Origin: an uncultured Bdellovibrionales bacterium
Lineage (GTDB): Bacteria > Patescibacteriota > Minisyncoccia > Moranbacterales > UBA1568
DNA length: 64,000 nt
Reading direction: 5' to 3'
Assembly: GCA_964384235.1 (NCBI GenBank)
Contig: CAYLJX010000001.1
Coordinates: 305,709-369,708 of the forward strand
Shown piece after piece: positions 57,673 through 64,000 of this stretch. Made by a program: the position numbers and the translations under genes. Within the stretch, counting starts at the first letter, position 1, and each line of letters starts with the position of its first letter. Under the pieces are notes generated by a model. That model had not been told where the DNA came from. It worked only from the letters and a program-made list of their open reading frames with translations, and did no database searches.

Positions 57673-58920
57673 TCATTGTGCCACAAGCCCCGTCGGCGCG
57701 GCGGGAGGAGTGGTGTCGCCGACCATGTACTCATCCGCACCGGCATCGATACCGCCGCCTTGGGGACGTACCTGCCCATCGAAGTCATCCGTCAGTCCGC
57801 TGATACTTGTTCCGGCATTATTGGCCGACGTCGATCCGGACACCAAATGAAGATTTCCTGAAGAAACATCGGTAAACCAGTTGGCCGCGGCCGAGGTGAG
57901 ATTATTCGAGAGAGTCCCGGTCGCGCCGTCGCGGGCCGCGATGGATCGGTTAGTGAGGTTGTTTCTGATCGTGACGCCGGAAGTCGCCGAGAAGCGGTAC
58001 TCGATGGCATTAGGGTAGCCGTTCTCGAGATAGACGGTGTTATTGTACACCTGAGTGTTAGGACTGGTTTCCAGGCCGATCGGGACATCGGCGAAGGAGC
58101 CGTTCCCGGAGGCGTGGTAGATCATGTTGTTGCGGATGATGCCGCCGCTCGCCCCGCGAGTGCCGAGACCGAACCCGATGCCGCGGTCGCAGTTGATGAT
58201 GACATTCCTCTCCACCAGGTTGTTGCTCGCCGGCGAGTCCCAGATATGCACCGCGTGCTCGGCAATCGCCGTATCGGGGCTGATGATATTACGGAAGGTG
58301 TTCCCTCGGACGATCCAGTCACTCCCGCCGTGGATATCGATGCCGCCGATGTAGTACTGCGGACCGATGCCGGCCGTATACTCGAAGAGACTGTTCTCGA
58401 TCAATCCGCCGTCACCGGTGACATTGGGACTCCCCGTACTCTGGCTGACCTTGAGGATCTGCTCGTAGGCGTTCCGCAGGACACAGTTACTCACCACCGT
58501 GAAATCCGCATCGTCCTCCCCCACCACCTGGATCACGTGCCAGCCGACGCGCTGGAGCGTGACGTTGCGGACGGTGAAGTAGTCCGCATCCACCCGGAAG
58601 ATCTCCTTGACCGAGGCCGAGGCGCTCATCGCATCGCCCTGGATAATAACCGCGTCACGGTTGCCGGACTGGCTCTCGACCGTGATGTGCGGCGCCGAGA
58701 TCGGGAGCAGATCAGAGAGCGTGTACGTCCCGTTCGCAAGCGCGATCGTGACATTGCCGCCGGACGCGTTGGCGCTGTTGATAGCGTTCACGAGTTCCGT
58801 CACGTTGCTCACCGTCACCGCCGCCGAGGCGGAACGGGGAAGCAGCGAAAAGATACCCGGCAGGAGAACGACCAGCGACACACCGAGCAGGAATATTCCA
58901 GTGAAAGACCTTATCCCCAT
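57673..58920 (-). CDS. Secreted right-handed parallel beta-helix (pectin lyase-like) protein with C-terminal DTTPP tag
   Basis: Signal peptide (ASA), IALANGTY, beta-helix repeats, DFDGQVRPQGGGIDAGADE, ending DTTPPAAPTGLVAQ. Confidence 0.88.
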   Translation of the reverse strand: MGIRSFTGIFLLGVSLVVLLPGIFSLLPRSASAAVTVSNVTELVNAINSANASGGNVTIALANGTYTLSDLLPISAPHITVESQSGNRDAVIIQGDAMSASASVKEIFRVDADYFTVRNVTLQRVGWHVIQVVGEDDADFTVVSNCVLRNAYEQILKVSQSTGSPNVTGDGGLIENSLFEYTAGIGPQYYIGGIDIHGGSDWIVRGNTFRNIISPDTAIAEHAVHIWDSPASNNLVERNVIINCDRGIGFGLGTRGASGGIIRNNMIYHASGNGSFADVPIGLETSPNTQVYNNTVYLENGYPNAIEYRFSATSGVTIRNNLTNRSIAARDGATGTLSNNLTSAAANWFTDVSSGNLHLVSGSTSANNAGTSISGLTDDFDGQVRPQGGGIDAGADEYMVGDTTPPAAPTGLVAQ

Positions 58921-58953
58921 ATCATGAGACTCGTACATCCACACAAAGGCTTG

Positions 58954-60303
58954 TCATTGTACCGTCAGACCGGTCGGCGCGGCAGGCGGGGTGGTGTCGC
59001 CGCCTCCGCTTGAGAGACCAGACACACTGTAAATATGCATCGTCGGAGTATGCGCCTGTCCGGAATTGTTCCGTCCACGATAAACATACAGTTTGCCGGT
59101 GCTCGAAGTCGGGGTATCCCGGAGAAACTGGACGCCATGAACATGCCAATCACCGGAACACGAAGACGGCCAATTGCCCCATGTGGCGACACTGAACGCT
59201 GTATATGGCGTGACATCCCAGGGATTCACCGTTCCGTTTTTTGCCGCTGCGAGATCATCCACATCAAACAGCATAAAGATGTATTTGGTAGGAGCAGCAG
59301 AATGCCCGGCTGAAGGAAGTGAACAACCTGCATCCATATTGCCAGATGAACACCCCTCCTTGTAACAAACCTGCCCCGTTCCCGATGACATAGCGAACAG
59401 TACGGTGTCCGATCCATCGATAAATGTCACCCCACCGACTTTTGTTGTGCCGTTAGCAAGCGCCTGCCCACCAGCCCCGTTCTGTGAATTCCATGTACAG
59501 CGACTACCAGAGCCCGTGCAGGCTGGAAATTCTGCGTTGCCCGCCCATGGCATGTGACGCGCCTCATTATCGCCATCATAGCGCATGAGCCACGTGGGCG
59601 CTGCACTGCTCCCTGGAGTCATAACCGCCAGCGCCGGGCCAAACGAGGTACGACTGATAACCGAAGAGAAACCATTGCCCATGACATGTGTCCCTCCAAG
59701 AAGAGCCTGATGTTCGCTCGGGATCCTGGTAATCCAGCCGTTTAGATAATCCTGGAATGATGCCGAATTACCAATTGTATTGGGACCAGTCTGGCCAGAT
59801 GCATTTGACAGTGTCGGCGAATGTGTGAACTGGGGATGAGTGACACCAGACGAGTAATACGACATGACATTGACATACAGCTTGCTATTGTACACGATGT
59901 GTCCATCAATAAAACATCCATTGCCACATACACCACTTGGCAACAGGTTATAGTGGTCACCACCGAGGGTGTCATAGTTCCATCCCTGGAGGAGCGTTGG
60001 GGTAGAGCCCACGGTTGGGACAGCAATTTCCGCCATGCAAGCTGTGTTGCGAGAACCAGTGAGATAGAATGATCCCGCGCCACCATTGCCAGCTGGATTA
60101 TATGATAGACCAGGCGTGTAGTCATTTTCAGAAGGCGCACCCCCGCAATTACCCGTAGGAGCTGGGAGTGTACTCGATCCGAGATAGGTGATGTTGGCCT
60201 GCTGAACGCGCACCCCGGCCTGCACATCCGTTCCCATGAAAAAGAACAAAACGACGACCAGCGTGACCAACGAACCGAGAGAGGATGGAAAAAGATGTTT
60301 CAT
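58954..60303 (-). CDS. Secreted Cys-containing protein of unknown fold with C-terminal DTTPP tag
   Basis: Signal peptide (VQA), Gly/Ser/Asn-rich, ending DTTPPAAPTGLTVQ. Confidence 0.82.
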   Translation of the reverse strand: MKHLFPSSLGSLVTLVVVLFFFMGTDVQAGVRVQQANITYLGSSTLPAPTGNCGGAPSENDYTPGLSYNPAGNGGAGSFYLTGSRNTACMAEIAVPTVGSTPTLLQGWNYDTLGGDHYNLLPSGVCGNGCFIDGHIVYNSKLYVNVMSYYSSGVTHPQFTHSPTLSNASGQTGPNTIGNSASFQDYLNGWITRIPSEHQALLGGTHVMGNGFSSVISRTSFGPALAVMTPGSSAAPTWLMRYDGDNEARHMPWAGNAEFPACTGSGSRCTWNSQNGAGGQALANGTTKVGGVTFIDGSDTVLFAMSSGTGQVCYKEGCSSGNMDAGCSLPSAGHSAAPTKYIFMLFDVDDLAAAKNGTVNPWDVTPYTAFSVATWGNWPSSCSGDWHVHGVQFLRDTPTSSTGKLYVYRGRNNSGQAHTPTMHIYSVSGLSSGGGDTTPPAAPTGLTVQ

Positions 60304-60323
60304 ATCGATATATATATTATATA

Positions 60324-63230
60324 CTACCTCCCCATATTATACAGCTGGGTCACTTCGGACGGAGACAGGCCGCGGTTGTAGAGGCGGACGTCGTCGATCT
60401 GGCCCGCAGCATTCACGTAGCCGTCGTATCCGATGGAAAGATCGTTGGTTTCGCTGTCCGCCGTCCCGGTGGGCGCGGAAAGTTCCGTCACCGTTTGAGA
60501 GATTCCGTTCACGTACACCACCGGGTCGTTCGTGGTCGAAGTCCGATCGTAGGTCACGACGACGTGCGCCCACTGATCCGCCAGTACGGAGTCGGCTCCC
60601 AATCGCCATTTTCCATCGGTTCCGGAAAAGGCGTGGTAGTACACGAGATGCCCGGCCGTTCCGTTGCAATCCGTCGCATCGTTCGAGCATATTTGAAAAG
60701 CCCAGGTAGTACGGCCCATGACGGCGCGATACTGCGTCAACCCCGACGGCTTGATCCAGGCGGAAATGGTTTTTGCATCGAGATTATCGAATACCGGATC
60801 AGTGAAGAGATCCACTCTGGCACTACTCCCGTCGAAACTAAGGGCTTGGCCGATGCGACCGGGAGTGGCGGAGGCGGCGGACATGCCGATCGCATCGCCG
60901 TGATTGGCGTTGCCGGAAGTGTCTTTCACCTCGGTCGTGGTGTCGTTCCAAGCGACGCTCGGCCCGTCGAAGCTCCACTGCCCGACGAGACCGTTCGTCA
61001 GGACGCCGTTCTGGGAAGACTGGAGCGTCGTCTTGCCGCCAGACGCTTGGTAGATATCGGTCACCTGCGCCTGAGTGAGCGCCGTGTCGTAGATGCGAAC
61101 ATCGTCGAGCTTGCCGTCGAAAGGAATGGTAGTGCCGGCATACCCGATGCCGATGGCCAATGCATCGCCGTTGGATAGGTCTCCCGCTATCGAACAATCG
61201 TTACTCCCGATGTTCGTCCCGTCGAGGTACAGCGTCGCGACGTGGCTGCTATCGACCGATAGCACATAGTGATGCCATACGCCGGTGATATCGCCGACAT
61301 TGACGTACCAGCCGCAGTCGTCCGACGCGTCGTTCAAGAACGCGGTTAGCAGATTGCCATCGAACAACAGTCCATACCCTTGGGAAAGGTCGTTTGAGGC
61401 TTTGAAGAGAAGCGCATCCATGGTGCCGTTCGTATCCCGATAGAACCAGCCCGCGAGGCTGAAGGCTTGGCCGGAACCGAAATCCAACGCGCCGCTTGTC
61501 GGATCGGCCACGGCGACGTAATCGTCGGCGTCGTCGAAATTGAGGGATTGTCCGAGGCGTCCAGGGGCGACCGTCGGGCCGTTGGTGAGCGTCCCATTGT
61601 TCGTTGCACGACTACGATCGAGAGCGGCCGCCCCCCGCACATCCGTTCCGTCAAACGTCCAATACCCGACGAGATTGGTATTAGGGTCGTCAGGATGAGT
61701 CTCTTGATACAGTCGCCGAGCCTCGTCGGGAGAGAGGGCGCGATGATACGTCCGCACCTCGTCGATCTTGCCGTCGAAAGGATTGCCCGCATCCGATTCG
61801 GCCGCGATACGGAAATCCACCGCGTTGCCCAGATTCCCGATACTCGCCGTGGAGCTCGCGGTACTGTTGTCGAGACGGCCGTCGATGTAGAGATCTATTC
61901 CCTTGGCGTCATGCCAGACTGCCACGAAATGGTGCCAGCCGGTGGCAGTAAACGTACTCGCCGAAGCAAGCGTGTACTGATCGCTCGCCGTCCCGCCGCC
62001 GTCACCGACGGTAAAGTTGAGCTTGTCATTGGTCGCGTCGATCCACACGATATATCCGGCATCCGTATTGGTAGCGGAACTGTTACGTTTGGCGACGATG
62101 GTATCCTCGGTCGTGGCGGTATCGCGGTTGAACCAGCCCGTCACCGTCACATCAGCGCCGTCAGGAACATCCAGGACACCGCTCGCCGGATCGGCGACAC
62201 CGGCATACTGGGTCGATCCGTCGAAATCGATCCCTCCGCCTATCTGACCGGTCGTCCACGTAGGACTGGCTGTCAGGGAAAGGGTATTGCCGTTCCCGCT
62301 CGCGTCCGTCGCGCTGCTTCCCGAACCGTCGTCGAGCTTCCAGTAGCCGGAGAGGCCTTCTTCGAGGACGTCATCCCCCGGACGGAGATTGGCCGTCACC
62401 TTGCCGAGATCGTAGAGACTCGCCACTTCTGTCGCCGAAAGAGCACGATTATAGAGACGAATTTCGTCCAGGGTGCCGCTGAAGTTCTCGTTGTTCATGG
62501 TACCGATCTGCTGCTCGCCCGCTGTCCCAGTGATATTGTCGAAGAAAAAGTCCGTCGACGCGCTCCCGGTCGTATACGTAAGCGTCTGCAGGACGCCGTC
62601 GATGTAGAGCTTGTGACCGGAGGTATCGTCGGTGAACACGACGTGATGCCAATCGGTCGGGTTCGGGAGCGTCACGCTGGCATCAACCGTCGCCGTACAA
62701 CTGGATCCGGACGCTGTCATCCAGAGATAGATCGTGCTGTTCTGCATGTCCATAGCGAGCTGGAACTGGCCGCGATTACTGGTGCAATTATCGTACCCCC
62801 AGAGCGTCCCTGAGGTCGGCGTCTCCCCAACCGTCCCGCTGTACTTGATCCACATGGCAATCGTCCCGGTCGTGTAACTGTCGAAAACGCTCGGGGCGAT
62901 ACCTACCGTACCTGCCGTTGTCGGAAAACGAAACCCCTGACCTAATCGACCCGGAACTTCCGTCGGCGCATCGCCGCCGATCTGAAGATTGATGTGACGA
63001 GCGTTCCCGGACACGTCCTTTACTTCGCTCGTCGTATCCGCCCAAACGATAGCTCCACCGTCCAAAGTCCAGTACCCCTGCAGACCGTTGGTAAGACTCC
63101 CCGTCTGCGGACTCTGAAATTTGGTCGAAGCCTGAGACTTTTGATAGTACCACCAGCCCCCTACCGCCAGGATGATGAGGGTCGTGATGATGAAGACGTA
63201 TTGGATGACCCGCGCTTTGGTTTCGGACAT
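60324..63230 (-). CDS. Membrane-anchored protein with four LamG/concanavalin A-like domains
   Basis: N-terminal TM and four repeats of L.G.W..D ... W.H ... G.(L/I)D(E/D).R.Y...L. Confidence 0.9.
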   Translation of the reverse strand: MSETKARVIQYVFIITTLIILAVGGWWYYQKSQASTKFQSPQTGSLTNGLQGYWTLDGGAIVWADTTSEVKDVSGNARHINLQIGGDAPTEVPGRLGQGFRFPTTAGTVGIAPSVFDSYTTGTIAMWIKYSGTVGETPTSGTLWGYDNCTSNRGQFQLAMDMQNSTIYLWMTASGSSCTATVDASVTLPNPTDWHHVVFTDDTSGHKLYIDGVLQTLTYTTGSASTDFFFDNITGTAGEQQIGTMNNENFSGTLDEIRLYNRALSATEVASLYDLGKVTANLRPGDDVLEEGLSGYWKLDDGSGSSATDASGNGNTLSLTASPTWTTGQIGGGIDFDGSTQYAGVADPASGVLDVPDGADVTVTGWFNRDTATTEDTIVAKRNSSATNTDAGYIVWIDATNDKLNFTVGDGGGTASDQYTLASASTFTATGWHHFVAVWHDAKGIDLYIDGRLDNSTASSTASIGNLGNAVDFRIAAESDAGNPFDGKIDEVRTYHRALSPDEARRLYQETHPDDPNTNLVGYWTFDGTDVRGAAALDRSRATNNGTLTNGPTVAPGRLGQSLNFDDADDYVAVADPTSGALDFGSGQAFSLAGWFYRDTNGTMDALLFKASNDLSQGYGLLFDGNLLTAFLNDASDDCGWYVNVGDITGVWHHYVLSVDSSHVATLYLDGTNIGSNDCSIAGDLSNGDALAIGIGYAGTTIPFDGKLDDVRIYDTALTQAQVTDIYQASGGKTTLQSSQNGVLTNGLVGQWSFDGPSVAWNDTTTEVKDTSGNANHGDAIGMSAASATPGRIGQALSFDGSSARVDLFTDPVFDNLDAKTISAWIKPSGLTQYRAVMGRTTWAFQICSNDATDCNGTAGHLVYYHAFSGTDGKWRLGADSVLADQWAHVVVTYDRTSTTNDPVVYVNGISQTVTELSAPTGTADSETNDLSIGYDGYVNAAGQIDDVRLYNRGLSPSEVTQLYNMGR

Positions 63231-63289
63231 AATTTCGTTTTGTATTCAGCAAGAAAAGAAAGAGGTCTATCTCCCCATTCTTTTTTACC

Positions 63290-63298
63290 ATTATACCA
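63290..63298 (-). promoter_or_regulatory. Extended -10 promoter
   Basis: TGGTATAAT on the minus strand about 60 bp upstream of the LamG gene start. Confidence 0.6.
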
Positions 63299-63312
63299 CG
63301 TTCGGCAGCATC

Positions 63313-64000
63313 TCACTGCACCACGAGTCCCGTCGGTGCAACGGGAGGAGCAGCATCACTCACCGACGTAGTATCAGAGACGACAATATCATCGATATAA
63401 TAAGCACTCGAAAAATTATCGGTTGACGAGAGAAGTTTGAAAGCTGTATCCATTGGAAATCCGTTTTGGTCATAGTATCGACCGAAGTAAACCTCCGAAG
63501 CCTATCGATCCAACCTGTTTCATATCGCAGGTCGAAACCTTTCACGACACTGACACCGTTTAACGAGGACATATTCCCCCCTCTCTCGAATCACTCGTCA
63601 CATCTATACCGACAGGCAGAATCGCAAATATACATCCGTTGCTTCCAGGACCACAACTACTTAAATAGAAATTAACATACCCTGATGAAGGAGGAACGCA
63701 ATGCGTACTATCGAGGATGACGAGTCCGCTCGTTCCACTCGTGCATACGGCAGTTGCCCCTCCTCCCGGTACCGAGGAGAGCGATATTCTTGTTCTTCCT
63801 GCACTCCCGCTCCCTTCAAACCACCTGGTTTGCACATTGCCGGTACCGATAGAAGTATAGGGGACAGAGACGATGCCTCCTGGGACTCCATAAACGTATA
63901 CCTTTGCCCCGACGTCATGGTATTGACCCGGACTAGTGGGGTAATCGAACACGTTAGTGGAATTCAAGCGACTCCCAATCCGACAATTATTGATTCCAGG
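63313..64000 (-). pseudogene. Frameshifted surface-protein gene (5' part outside window) ending in a DTTPP-like tag
   Basis: One frame is open from 64000 to a stop at 63560. A different frame (63501-63313) encodes ...YYIDDIVVSDTTSVSDAAPPVAPTGLVVQ-stop. Joining them needs at least two frame changes. Confidence 0.65.

Noticed and set aside
1-64000. Alternative genetic code (TGA as Gly, as in Gracilibacteria)
   Set aside because: Conserved genes are full-length under code 11 and TGA is used as a stop, including ATGA overlaps.

Overview
Bacterial chromosomal window, mostly minus-strand, standard genetic code. Gene content (CPR-type pilin, LamG arrays, parvulin-containing SecD) suggests a Patescibacteria/CPR genome, possibly Moranbacteria-like; this is inference. 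1-27.7 kb is a large cell-surface glycan locus: GT2/GT4 enzymes, ugd, wzm/wzt, a priming sugar transferase, and a lower-GC island with FdtA/DegT/FkbH/ACP/AcpS. A divergent acyl-CoA module (GNAT, CoA-transferase, FabI-like, MaoC-like) interrupts this locus. 27.7-52.4 kb is housekeeping: rnpB, pheT, pheS, tyrS, secF, secD, ABC-F, Nudix, class A PBP, a MacAB-like operon interrupted by an ApbE/ferric-reductase cluster, rnhA, recJ, and dnaJ with a CIRCE. 52.4-64 kb is an array of secreted/surface proteins. Top leads: (1) unrelated secreted proteins share a C-terminal DTTPPAAPTGLxxQ-stop tag that also forms DNA direct repeats, including an orphan copy, together with a duplicated promoter/leader, suggesting a modular surface-display or sorting system; (2) a four-helix-bundle gene enclosed by inverted 5x7-bp GTATNNN arms, with an empty copy of the same architecture at 33.1 kb; (3) an ApbE cluster with no canonical flavinylation motif; (4) a crotonyl/butyryl-CoA-type module under symmetric back-to-back promoters.
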